The notes beneath the pieces are model-generated. The model ran no database searches and was not told the origin of the DNA. It saw only the letters and a list, made by a program, of their open reading frames with translations. This document shows, one piece after another, positions 9,533-18,185 of a stretch of DNA of 24,000 nucleotides. The stretch is from Acaryochloris marina S15. GTDB taxonomy: Bacteria > Cyanobacteriota > Cyanobacteriia > Thermosynechococcales > Thermosynechococcaceae. The DNA lies in assembly GCF_018336915.1 (NCBI RefSeq), contig NZ_CP064923.1:4656822-4680821 (forward strand), given 5' to 3'. Position numbers and translations under genes: made by a program. Within the stretch, counting starts at the first letter, position 1; each line of letters opens with the position of its first letter.

Positions 9533-11037
9533 CGAATATCAAGGGTCCCATCAATTCCTTCTAGGCTCAACATATCCAGACGTTCATCTGCTTCGCCGCG
9601 CTTTTCATAAGCACCCACCTGTAAGACGGATCGGCCCTTATATCTAGATCGAAACGCATCGGGAACTAGGGTTTTGATTCTCTTGTAATCCGCTGAACTT
9701 GCAGTCTTAACGATCACCCGATAGCGAAGTCTGGAGCGCTCATCCAAGGGGGGAGGAGGTGGATTTCCAGTGCCTGAAATTGCAGCTAACTGCTGGGCAC
9801 GCCCTGCATCTCGACTGGCCGTATAAATATCCGAAGCAGGGCTATAGCGTCCCAAGGGCACATTTTCTTGAGGTACAGGGAGAACACCGCCAGAGTTAAG
9901 CGTCGATCCTGGAACCGACAAGTTAGGCAACCCTTTAGGAATGGGAGCGCTAGGAATAGGGGCAATGGCTGTGCGGCGAGGGGAAGGGACTGGAATGGGA
10001 ATAGGACTAGAAAAGAATCCCTTGGATAACGGTGATTTGGCAGCCAACTTCACTAGTTTTCGCCGTTTGCTGGCTGAAGGTTTGGAGGAGGGTCTGTATC
10101 GAGTCGATTGTGGAGCTGTTAAAGGTGGAGGAGGTGGGCTTTCACCGGCTAACTCGGGTAATTCTGGATCGGTTTCCGGGCGAGGGAGGGCGATGGCACC
10201 TGGGGTTTTGCGGGCATGGGATGGGGGAATAGAAGGAGCAGACCCCAATGGCTGTCCCCTATTAGGCACTGGGATTTCAATGGGAGATGTAATGAGATTC
10301 GTTAATTCATCCCGCTCCTGGGACCGATCTAATTTACCTTTGGCTTTTGGAGGAGCTGCGGGTGGAGTCGGTGGCTGTGGTGACTCCAAAGGGGGGAGAC
10401 TATCCACTCCATCTTCAGGTGGGGCGGGCGGGGCAGACTCTAAGGGGGGAACAGCATCAGAGGGGGCTTCAGCGATAGTATCTGCACTGGGAACTTGGTC
10501 ATGGGTGAAATAAATATGGCCGAGGGTTTTGCCGTTGTAACTCCGCTTTGAGAACCGCCAACCGGGTTCTAGCTGAATTTTCAAGAAGCCATCCGTAAGA
10601 CTTTGGGTTTCACCAATTTTCAGCTTGGGAGCACCCGGATTGCGGGAGGGATAACCCATCAGCACTAAGTTTCCATTTTGCTTCACCACGGAGAGACGAT
10701 AGTCCATGGCATAGTCTTGCCCCCCTTGGCGAATGGAATACCCATTACTATCCGTACTCCGTCCACAAATACCGGTGAAGTCAAACTGTAGGAGCAGAGG
10801 GTCAATCACCCCAGGCTGATCCACCTTTTCTTCCCAGCAGGCCTGGGTCGATGAAATTTGCTCCAGAATAATCAGGTTATACTGCTTCCCTTCTGCAAAC
10901 GGAACTGCGATCGCAATAAATTTACTTTGGTCTACTTCTTCTTGACCAAAGGTATAAGCCTGGGCTGAATGGGGAATCAACAGGCTCAGAAATAGGCTGG
11001 AGATCGCAACCGTAACCCGACTCAAATGATATTTCAT
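9529..11037 (-). CDS. Secreted modular protein: N-terminal conserved cyanobacterial domain (DUF3747-like), long Pro-rich linker, C-terminal SPOR-like domain
   Basis: Signal peptide ending HSAQA/YT. An N-terminal globular region of about 180 aa contains conserved Cys residues. About 240 aa are Pro/Ser/Ala-rich low complexity. The C-terminus [24 protein letters not shown]...[17 protein letters not shown] resembles the SPOR beta-alpha-beta-beta repeat. The DUF3747 assignment is from memory only. Confidence 0.75.
   Translation of the reverse strand: MKYHLSRVTVAISSLFLSLLIPHSAQAYTFGQEEVDQSKFIAIAVPFAEGKQYNLIILEQISSTQACWEEKVDQPGVIDPLLLQFDFTGICGRSTDSNGYSIRQGGQDYAMDYRLSVVKQNGNLVLMGYPSRNPGAPKLKIGETQSLTDGFLKIQLEPGWRFSKRSYNGKTLGHIYFTHDQVPSADTIAEAPSDAVPPLESAPPAPPEDGVDSLPPLESPQPPTPPAAPPKAKGKLDRSQERDELTNLITSPIEIPVPNRGQPLGSAPSIPPSHARKTPGAIALPRPETDPELPELAGESPPPPPLTAPQSTRYRPSSKPSASKRRKLVKLAAKSPLSKGFFSSPIPIPVPSPRRTAIAPIPSAPIPKGLPNLSVPGSTLNSGGVLPVPQENVPLGRYSPASDIYTASRDAGRAQQLAAISGTGNPPPPPLDERSRLRYRVIVKTASSADYKRIKTLVPDAFRSRYKGRSVLQVGAYEKRGEADERLDMLSLEGIDGTLDIR
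10907..10914. repeat. HIP1 palindrome GCGATCGC
   Basis: Exact octamer read in the sequence. Confidence 0.95.
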
Positions 11038-11556
11038 GACTCCTATCCGCTTCCCAAAAAGTGAGTGACTTGCTACTAAAACTGGCTAATTTCTTTAGGA
11101 ATGTCCATGACAAACCTGTGAGCTGAACGTAGATTTCTTCGGCTGCAAAATCACATTCACCCCAGAATCAAAATAGCCGGTGGTGCCAAATTTTATCCTA
11201 TTTTTTACTCAAAACTAAAAGTGAAATATAAGTTAACAAATACAATTATTCTTAGGATCTAAGAGTTAAAACTTCCTGAGTATAAATAGCTATTTAAGTT
11301 CTAAAGTAGAGAACCAAAATTTAGACAAAGACGCATCGGTTACTTTGCCCAAAATGTATTATTTAACACCATCAAGTTTGATATTTCCTGCCTGAGACTC
11401 TAGGCATCAGACCAGTGGAAATACGAGATTAGATTCTAATTTTATTTTCAAAAAATAATATATCTGTACACAAATTTCTCACAGATTGCCTCAAACCGAT
11501 GACGGATTATCTAGACGCCCGTTCAATCCCGTCTCAAAAATGTCCATCCTAACCCT
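11038..11556. promoter_or_regulatory. AT-rich divergent intergenic region (presumed promoters for both flanking genes)
   Basis: The flanking genes diverge across a 519-bp gap. The 60-nt block 11221-11280 has 16 G+C (27%), and by eye the flanking genes are clearly less AT-rich. No ORF of 60 aa or more. Promoter positions were not determined. Confidence 0.4.
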
Positions 11557-12033
11557 ATGAATAGAAAACGCATGGCTCAACCCATCGCCTGGGGCTATCT
11601 CTTCGGTCTACTGATGGCCTACATGGCTGTGGGGTGGGTTCTAGCAGCCTATGCAGCCCCCCTGCTGATGTGGGTTTGGACCGTGGTGCTGATGGCTTAT
11701 GTCGCCTGGGCAGATAAGGGTGCGATCTCAGGTGCAATGCTATGGGTTGTTTCCGTCGTGTGGATTGCTGCATATACCACAGCAACCCCCCTGCTTATGA
11801 ACTGGAAAGGGCCAACTTGGGCAATCTCATTAGTAGGGGTGTGGATATTCGCAATTTGGGTTGTTCTATTACTGGCGTTTGCTCAGCCAGTGATTCAGGC
11901 TTTGGGCTGGTCTCGAAAAAAGACTTTTTATCGTCTGCTGATGCTGACAGGCGCAGGATTGATCATCGGTCGTTTGCTGTACCTAGGATCAATGCCGACT
12001 CCCCCATCGATGGCCCTACTCTACATTACTTAG
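11557..12033 (+). CDS. Hypothetical Trp-rich integral membrane protein (4 predicted TM helices)
   Basis: 158-aa ORF starting at ATG with four long hydrophobic segments. No recognised family. Confidence 0.6.
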   Translation: MNRKRMAQPIAWGYLFGLLMAYMAVGWVLAAYAAPLLMWVWTVVLMAYVAWADKGAISGAMLWVVSVVWIAAYTTATPLLMNWKGPTWAISLVGVWIFAIWVVLLLAFAQPVIQALGWSRKKTFYRLLMLTGAGLIIGRLLYLGSMPTPPSMALLYIT

Positions 12034-12050
12034 TACAGGAGATACCTCGG

Positions 12051-12614
12051 TTGCCTCAGTCATCATTTTCAAAAGATAGAAATCACTCCAACCCGAAAGA
12101 TCAGAATTTCGTATCCTCTACCCCTACGGATTCTCTGTCACAGGCGATCTCTGGGCCTGACTGTATCAAACAAATCGATCCCACTCTTCTCTCCAATTTG
12201 AATACAGCACAAGTACTGGAAATCAAGCAATTTATCAGTCAAACCATTGCCCATGAAGTGACGCAAAAAACAGCTAATTTAAGCATCAATCATAATCAGT
12301 TAGAAAGCCAGGATTTTACCCGCAAAAAGCGCAAATCAAAACTCATTGATATTCGCTTTGTCGTTGACTTATTATTCTCGCGTTTCTACGTTGTATTAAT
12401 GGTGGGTAAAGACGTCCGCAAAGGTCAACGTCCTTACCCCAAATCCCGAGCAACTAAAGCAGGTAATATGATCGCTGCCTTTATGCTAATTGTGGCCATG
12501 AATCTACTGATTTCTGCCGTTTTGCTATTAGGTCTCTATTTACTCAAGTCTGCTCTAAATATTGACCTCATGCCTGGACATTTTTCAGATCAATTAGAAA
12601 TCTTAAAAAAATAA
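12051..12614 (+). CDS. Hypothetical protein with a C-terminal TM anchor; probable TTG start
   Basis: The ORF-track entry 11742-12614 overlaps the previous gene out of frame, and that N-terminal part looks non-coding. AGGAGA (12037-12042) lies 8 nt upstream of an in-frame TTG at 12051, just after the upstream stop. Protein-like C-terminal segments are IDIRFVVDLLFSRFYVVLMVGKD and the TM segment MIAAFMLIVAMNLLISAVLLLGLYLL. The exact start is uncertain. Confidence 0.5.
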   Translation: MPQSSFSKDRNHSNPKDQNFVSSTPTDSLSQAISGPDCIKQIDPTLLSNLNTAQVLEIKQFISQTIAHEVTQKTANLSINHNQLESQDFTRKKRKSKLIDIRFVVDLLFSRFYVVLMVGKDVRKGQRPYPKSRATKAGNMIAAFMLIVAMNLLISAVLLLGLYLLKSALNIDLMPGHFSDQLEILKK

Positions 12615-12693
12615 AGATATAAACTCTCTTCCACTTCATTGTGGCGCTTGTTTTAGCTCAGCTCCTTGATAGGATAGAAAAGATTTATTCTTA

Positions 12694-13743
12694 ATGTTTT
12701 TTCTAACGATGAATACAACCTCGACCCTTTATCGCATCTTGGATGCCAATCTCGATCGCGCACGAGAAGGGTTGCGGGTAATTGAAGAATGGTGTCGATT
12801 TGGTCTAGAAAATTCCCAACTGAGCGCTCAGTGCAAACAGCTCCGTCAGGACTTGGCTAGCTGGCATCACCCCCCCTTGCGGATGGCCCGAGATACCCCC
12901 AATGATCCAGGCACACAGCTTACCCACCCCCAAGAGGCAGCCCGCACTGACTTACCAACGGTTGTGCAAGCCAACCTTTGCCGGGTGCAAGAAGCCCTGC
13001 GAGTGCTGGAAGAATATAGCAAGCTTTACGATACCAACATGGCCGCAGCCTGTAAGCAGATGCGCTATCAGGTGTATACCCTAGACACTCAACTGCAACC
13101 TCGCCATCGATTGCAACAGTTACTCGATGCCCCCCTTTATTTAGTCACTTCCCCCAACAAACAGCTAGTCCCTGTCGTCGAAGCGGCATTGCAGGGAGGA
13201 TTAAAGCTGGTTCAATACCGAGAGAAACAAGCAGATGACGAGCAACGTTTGGCCATTGCCCAGACCTTATGCCAGCTATGCCATCAATATAATGCTCTGT
13301 TTATTGTTAATGATCGGATTGATATTGCTGTGGCCGTGGATGCCGATGGAGTCCACTTGGGGCAGCAGGACATGACCATGGCGGTAGCTCGTCAAATGCT
13401 CGGGCCAGATAAGTTAGTGGGGCGCTCCACGACTAACCCTCAAGAAATGGATCGGGCCATCCAAGAGCAAGCAGACTATATTGGCGTCGGGCCTATTTAT
13501 GCAACCCCCACTAAAGCAGACAAAGCGGCCGTCGGCCATGAGTACATCCACTATGCCAATCAACATGCGCCCATGCCCTATTACGCTATCGGCGGCATTG
13601 ATGAGACCAACCTAGAAGAAGTCTTGACCGCAGGTGCCCAACGAGTGGCCGTGGTGAGGGCGATTATGAATGCCCCTTCTCCGACCCAGGCTGTCCAACA
13701 GATGTTAAAACAGTTTTCGAAAACACCCACTCCCACCCCGTAG
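12694..13743 (+). CDS. thiE: Thiamine-phosphate synthase ThiE with the ~130-aa N-terminal extension (ThiD2-like domain) seen in cyanobacterial ThiE
   Basis: The C-terminal TIM-barrel shows ThiE motifs LVQYREK, FIVNDRIDIAVAVDADGVHLGQQD, GRSTTN, DYIGVGPIYATPTK and YYAIGGI. The N-terminal domain begins LYRILDANLDRAREGLRVIEEWCRF. An alternative start is ATG 12709. Confidence 0.9.
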   Translation: MFFLTMNTTSTLYRILDANLDRAREGLRVIEEWCRFGLENSQLSAQCKQLRQDLASWHHPPLRMARDTPNDPGTQLTHPQEAARTDLPTVVQANLCRVQEALRVLEEYSKLYDTNMAAACKQMRYQVYTLDTQLQPRHRLQQLLDAPLYLVTSPNKQLVPVVEAALQGGLKLVQYREKQADDEQRLAIAQTLCQLCHQYNALFIVNDRIDIAVAVDADGVHLGQQDMTMAVARQMLGPDKLVGRSTTNPQEMDRAIQEQADYIGVGPIYATPTKADKAAVGHEYIHYANQHAPMPYYAIGGIDETNLEEVLTAGAQRVAVVRAIMNAPSPTQAVQQMLKQFSKTPTPTP

Positions 13744-13885
13744 ACACAGCCTGAATATAGCCAACTTTGACCAAACCTATTCTTCAGCTCCCCCATCAAG
13801 ATTCAGGGTTGAGTTTTGATCTTGAACTTAATATATAGATAGAGACTTCACCCTATCGGATCGCTTTTGTGAATGATTCCTCTAA

Positions 13886-14095
13886 ATGAAAATGATTAAT
13901 ATCCAAGTCAATGGAGAACGACAAACCTGTTCACCCAGCATGGTATTGCCAGAATTTCTGGTACAGTTAAACCTCAATCCTCGCCTCGTGGCGGTAGAAT
14001 ACAATGGCGAAATTCTGCATCGACAGTTTTGGGAAACAACCCGCTTGCAGATGGGAGATCGTCTAGAAATCGTGACGATTGTGGGGGGCGGCTAA
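13886..14095 (+). CDS. thiS: Sulfur-carrier protein ThiS
   Basis: 69 aa with a ubiquitin-like ThiS pattern (VNGE...VAVEYNGEIL...L..GDRLEIVT.VGGG) and the terminal Gly-Gly. Confidence 0.88.
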   Translation: MKMINIQVNGERQTCSPSMVLPEFLVQLNLNPRLVAVEYNGEILHRQFWETTRLQMGDRLEIVTIVGGG

Positions 14096-14281
14096 ACCAC
14101 CCGAATCTCAACACGATTTCGAGCAACGACTCTAAGTTCGAAAGTTGTCTTGGGGCATTTCTAAACCAGCTTAGGCCTGGGTTGCGAATTTGTATCAGAA
14201 ATATTGGTCATTTGTCAATGCTTTACCCCAGCAATGTTGTTAAAATAAGTAACAGAGTTTAACAAAGGCAATCATCAGGTT

Positions 14282-15445
14282 ATGGGCCGTGTCGGTGTTC
14301 TATTACTGAATCTAGGGGGACCAGAGCAGCTAAAGGATGTACGTCCTTTTTTGTATAACCTGTTTGCTGATCCAGAAATTTTACGGCTGCCATTTGCTTG
14401 GATGCAAAAGCCTTTTGCCGGGTTTATTTCCACCCTGCGGGCCCGGACGTCTCGGGACAACTATCGGCAAATCGGTGGTGGTTCCCCATTACGACGAATC
14501 ACAGAAGCCCAAGCCCACGCGCTCCAAGATGACTTGCAGGCTAAGGGATGTGATGCTCAGGTTTATATCGGCATGCGTTACTGGCATCCTTTTACCGAAG
14601 AGGCTGTTGCCCGTATCAAACGAGATGGGATTGAAGAGCTGGTCATTCTGCCGCTCTATCCTCAGTTTTCGATCAGTACTAGCGGTTCGAGTATCCGGTT
14701 ATTGGAGAAGATCTGGTCTGAAGACCCAGAATTACAGAAGATTAAGTACACTGTCATCTCTTCGTGGCATGATCGCCCTGGCTATGTGCAGGTCATGGCT
14801 GACTTTTTGCGCCAAGAGCTGGATCAGTTTGCCAATCCTGAGCAAACCACTGTATTTTTTAGTGCCCATGGTGTCCCCCTCAGCTATGTAACTGAATCGG
14901 GTGATCCCTACCAGCAAGAGATTGAGGCCAGTACTCAGCTGATTATGGAGGCGTTAGAACGCCCCAACCCCCATATTTTGGCTTATCAAAGTCGAGTGGG
15001 GCCGATGGAGTGGTTACGCCCCTACACCACAAATGTGATTGCGCATTTGGGTCAGCAGGGGGTTAAAGATTTAGTGGTGGTGCCTATTAGCTTTATCTCA
15101 GAGCATATCGAAACGCTCCAAGAGATCGATATGGAATACCGGCATTTAGCGCTCGAATCAGGCATTGAAAATTTTCGCCGGATGCCAGCCGTCAATATAC
15201 ATCCAGACTTTATCGATACCCTCAGTGAGATGGTGCTGGAATATCTAGACAAGCCCTCTTTAAGATTCTCTCAAGTCTTCCGACCTCAGAAAAAAATTAA
15301 GCTGTATCCCCAAGAGCGTTGGGAATGGGGGATGACGACCACGGCTGAACGCTGGAATGGTCGCTTCGCGATGGTCGGCTTTATTGCCCTACTGGTTGAA
15401 CTGATCAGTGGCTATGGTCCCCTGCATTTAGCGGGGCTACTCTAG
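14282..15445 (+). CDS. hemH: Ferrochelatase with a C-terminal chlorophyll a/b-binding (CAB/LHC motif) transmembrane helix
   Basis: N-terminus [10 protein letters not shown], then [16 protein letters not shown] and [11 protein letters not shown]. The C-terminal CAB helix is [22 protein letters not shown], as in cyanobacterial and plastid type II ferrochelatases. Confidence 0.95.
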   Translation: MGRVGVLLLNLGGPEQLKDVRPFLYNLFADPEILRLPFAWMQKPFAGFISTLRARTSRDNYRQIGGGSPLRRITEAQAHALQDDLQAKGCDAQVYIGMRYWHPFTEEAVARIKRDGIEELVILPLYPQFSISTSGSSIRLLEKIWSEDPELQKIKYTVISSWHDRPGYVQVMADFLRQELDQFANPEQTTVFFSAHGVPLSYVTESGDPYQQEIEASTQLIMEALERPNPHILAYQSRVGPMEWLRPYTTNVIAHLGQQGVKDLVVVPISFISEHIETLQEIDMEYRHLALESGIENFRRMPAVNIHPDFIDTLSEMVLEYLDKPSLRFSQVFRPQKKIKLYPQERWEWGMTTTAERWNGRFAMVGFIALLVELISGYGPLHLAGLL

Positions 15446-17274
15446 CTTTGCTTTTTAGACAGTTCGGCTTTCCATAATTTGTGCCAGTGATTGCGCACAG
15501 CACGATTGGCATCGTACATGGTCGAGTATCGTGATTGGATATTAAATTGGCACATCTGGGCAAAAATCTGAATTGTTGCCTGATGGAGTTCGACCATTTC
15601 TGGATCGGTCTCTGAGGCTGATGGTTGCAAAGCTTGTAAAAAGGTTTTGCCAATCACATATTGGTCTGTTTCAGGTTTAAAGGTCCCGTAGCTGATTTCT
15701 GGGGCTAAGACATCCCCTTGATCCTGAAGCAATTTTTGATATTGCGGAAATTGAACACTCAGCTTACTGAGAATACGGGGGACAACACCATAGTCAATCA
15801 GGACTAATTTTTTACCTTTTTCATTGGGCTGCAAGAAGCAATCAGGATGAGGATGACTATGCACCAAATCGGCCTGATGCAGGATTTCAATAATCGTTAA
15901 GACCTCATCCGCAAATTTGCAGGTCATGCGGGGATTTAAGGGAGCATGAGATACCAATACTTTGCTTAGCATTGTCCCTTCGATATGTTCATGAACGATA
16001 TGAAGGACTTCACTATCTTGTAAGAAGCTGAGTACCGGGAGACATTGCAGATGGGGAGCCAGCTGTTTCAAAGTCGCCATTTCGGCTAAAAACAGCTCTT
16101 GCACAGCCTGTAAAACTTCTGGGCTATTGGTGTCTAACCGAAAGGTATGAACAATTCGTAGGGGGGTATCCAGCTCTTGTAGATCTTGGGCGATGGCAGT
16201 TTGTCCGAAGGCATGCTTACTGATGACTTCAACCAACCGAAAGTGCTCATCCCAAAATGAGGGCTGAGGTGCTGCTGCGACGGTAGATTCCAACAACTGC
16301 TGTCGGGCAACTGCCGAAGCATCACGGGTTTTGAGATGACTTTGAATACGAGCCAAAGCAATAGGTAAATCAATCGGCTTCGTGATGTAATCGTTAGCTC
16401 CTAATTCTAGGGCTTCGACCACATTTTCACTGGCATCCTTGGCGGTCGCCATAATCACCGGTAGCTCTTCTTGGGAATAGGTCTGCCGAATGCGCTTCAG
16501 GGTTTCGATCCCGCCAATACCTGGCATCATAATATCCAGCAATACCAGGGTAATCTCGGTGGTGGCAATGAGTTCCAATGCGGCTTCACCACTATCTGCT
16601 AGGGCAACTTCATAGCCCTTCCGCTGTAAACGCCGACTCAACATATCCCGGTTAGCCTCGACATCATCTACGACTAAGAGTTTATGAGTCGTGGGCTCAG
16701 AAACAGGCTTTGGGGGAGGAGAGGAAGGTAGGGATGACGGAGTACTCGCAACGAGGGGAGTCCCCTCACGTCCTTCTTGATGCACCTCGGATGGAGATGT
16801 TCTAGCCGCAGCGGTGACTAACTGTTCTGAGGGTGGAGCAGCGGGGGTCACTACAGCTGCGGGTGTCGCCTGTGCCACAGATTCGACTGGGCGTGGGGAT
16901 TGTTCTGGAGTCCCTTGCAATAAGGTTTCAATTTTCTGCAGCAACCGTTTGAGATCAACGGGCTTAGTATCGTAATCATCACACCCTGCCGATAAGGCTT
17001 CTTCTCGATCACCTACCATGGCATGGGCTGTGAGGGCAATAATCGGAATAGCGGCTGTTTGTTCCCCGGCTTTGAGAGTCCTAGTCGCTTCCCAGCCATT
17101 CATCACTGGCAAACTCATATCCATCAGAATGAGATCGGGCTGCTCTGTGAGAGCCTTCGTGACGCCTTCGCCCCCATCAACTGCAATCACAACATCATAG
17201 CCCCGACGCTTTAATCGGCGTCCGAGCATATCGCGATTAAGTTCATTATCTTCAACTAATAGAATTTTCGGCAT
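15442..17274 (-). CDS. Dual receiver (REC-REC) response regulator with a C-terminal degenerate Ser/Thr protein-kinase-like (pseudokinase) domain
   Basis: REC1 covers aa 3-118 (DN...D52...T82...K104) and REC2 aa 198-312 (DD...D247...T277...K299), separated by an ~80-aa Pro/Ala/Ser linker. The domain at aa ~345-600 aligns by eye to bacterial STK subdomains but carries HSHPHPDC in place of HRDxKPxN and RIVH in place of VxxK. DYG and APE are retained. Confidence 0.85.
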   Translation of the reverse strand: MPKILLVEDNELNRDMLGRRLKRRGYDVVIAVDGGEGVTKALTEQPDLILMDMSLPVMNGWEATRTLKAGEQTAAIPIIALTAHAMVGDREEALSAGCDDYDTKPVDLKRLLQKIETLLQGTPEQSPRPVESVAQATPAAVVTPAAPPSEQLVTAAARTSPSEVHQEGREGTPLVASTPSSLPSSPPPKPVSEPTTHKLLVVDDVEANRDMLSRRLQRKGYEVALADSGEAALELIATTEITLVLLDIMMPGIGGIETLKRIRQTYSQEELPVIMATAKDASENVVEALELGANDYITKPIDLPIALARIQSHLKTRDASAVARQQLLESTVAAAPQPSFWDEHFRLVEVISKHAFGQTAIAQDLQELDTPLRIVHTFRLDTNSPEVLQAVQELFLAEMATLKQLAPHLQCLPVLSFLQDSEVLHIVHEHIEGTMLSKVLVSHAPLNPRMTCKFADEVLTIIEILHQADLVHSHPHPDCFLQPNEKGKKLVLIDYGVVPRILSKLSVQFPQYQKLLQDQGDVLAPEISYGTFKPETDQYVIGKTFLQALQPSASETDPEMVELHQATIQIFAQMCQFNIQSRYSTMYDANRAVRNHWHKLWKAELSKKQS

Positions 17275-17320
17275 GAATGATGACCTCTCTAATCCCTGAG
17301 GTGTGTACGTATTGGCTCGA

Positions 17321-17773
17321 TTAACTGGCCTTAGGCTTAACTAAAATGGCATCACCCTCTACTTTGACGTCATAGCTTTCTAGAGGATCAGAGGCAGGCC
17401 CTTTAACGACCGCTCCATCCGGTTTATAAGTGGAACCATGACAAGCACAAAAAATATCTTGTGAGTCTTGCTTCCAATCTACGGGGCAACCCTGATGGGT
17501 ACAAGTCGGATTGAGAGCATGGAGGGTGTCTGAGCTTTTTGAATCTCGGACAACTAGTACTTTTTGGTTCCCTTTCAAGGTCTGCAGAATGCGACCATTT
17601 TGATCTAAGTCTTGGGTCTGACCCACCTTGATAAACCCATCAGGGGTCGTTTCAGTTTTAGGAGCTGGGGTTGGGGAGGTTGAAGACTGTTGCGTACAGG
17701 CGCCAATCACAACGGAGACGACTCCTGAAATCCAACTTAAGGTCAACCATGACAGAACTTTTCGGCGGTTCAT
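17321..17773 (-). CDS. Small Rieske [2Fe-2S] protein with a twin-arginine-like signal and lipobox (PetC3-like lipoprotein)
   Basis: Rieske boxes CTHQGCPV and CACHGSTY. The N-terminus MNRRKVLSWLTLSWISGVVSVVIGAC has an RRxVL Tat-like motif and an IGAC lipobox. It lies 46 bp upstream of the REC-REC-pseudokinase gene on the same strand. Confidence 0.85.
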   Translation of the reverse strand: MNRRKVLSWLTLSWISGVVSVVIGACTQQSSTSPTPAPKTETTPDGFIKVGQTQDLDQNGRILQTLKGNQKVLVVRDSKSSDTLHALNPTCTHQGCPVDWKQDSQDIFCACHGSTYKPDGAVVKGPASDPLESYDVKVEGDAILVKPKAS

Positions 17774-18185
17774 ACTGAAATCTTAAGGAACGAGATCCAC
17801 AATAGTTTACTAGCTGATGGAAGATTCCCCAGAAAAACATGAGGGAATAAGTGCATGCAGACTAGAACTAGCTTGCCCAGAATAAGGTTATAAACTGAAC
17901 TACAAAAACATTTGTTTGACGACAAAAAAAGGCTAAGAATAGACCTTAAGCACTGATATACATAGGATGGATGGGGGTATTGAGCTTATTTCAAGGAATT
18001 AGCTTTTCTCTCATGAATTCCTGTTATTACGATATTTTTGTTTACAAATATATTGTTGAGAGAGACCCAGATTTGGGCAAACTAAGGATTGAAGGCAGAG
18101 TGCAACCATTGTTCTCGATAGTCTTCTTTAATACTCATGTAAAAAATGCATCGATGGTCAGACAAATGCTATCTCCAGGAGGGTC
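17774..18185. promoter_or_regulatory. Divergent intergenic control region between the Rieske and peroxidase units
   Basis: 412-bp AT-rich spacer between divergently oriented genes. It contains a 7-bp inverted repeat AGGAATT (17994-18000) / AATTCCT (18016-18022) and the AT palindrome AATATATT. Promoters were not mapped. Confidence 0.4.

Noticed and set aside
9941-10513. 190-aa Gly-rich ORF on the plus strand
   Set aside because: It is the antisense shadow of the Pro-rich (CCN codon) linker of the minus-strand gene 9529-11037. Its low-complexity GGG/GGA translation has no start context.
11385-11440. CTGAGA-containing segment that might be a TPP riboswitch about 1.3 kb upstream of thiE
   Set aside because: Only the hexamer matches. 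The ACCUGAUCUGGAUAAUGCCAGCG-like pyrimidine-sensor helix is absent and the downstream gene is an unrelated membrane protein.
11742-12050. N-terminal 103 codons of the six-frame ORF 11742-12614
   Set aside because: This part overlaps the 4-TM membrane gene in another frame and translates to a non-protein-like sequence (MGCFRRVDCCIYHSN...). The real gene more plausibly starts at TTG 12051 behind an AGGAGA site.
14096-14281. GTTCGAA-containing stretch checked as a possible tRNA or T-loop
   Set aside because: No acceptor, D or anticodon arm pairing could be built. It is an isolated heptamer only.
14337-14891. 184-aa alternate-frame ORF inside hemH
   Set aside because: It overlaps the confidently identified ferrochelatase frame. 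Its Cys/Arg/Leu-rich composition has no motifs.
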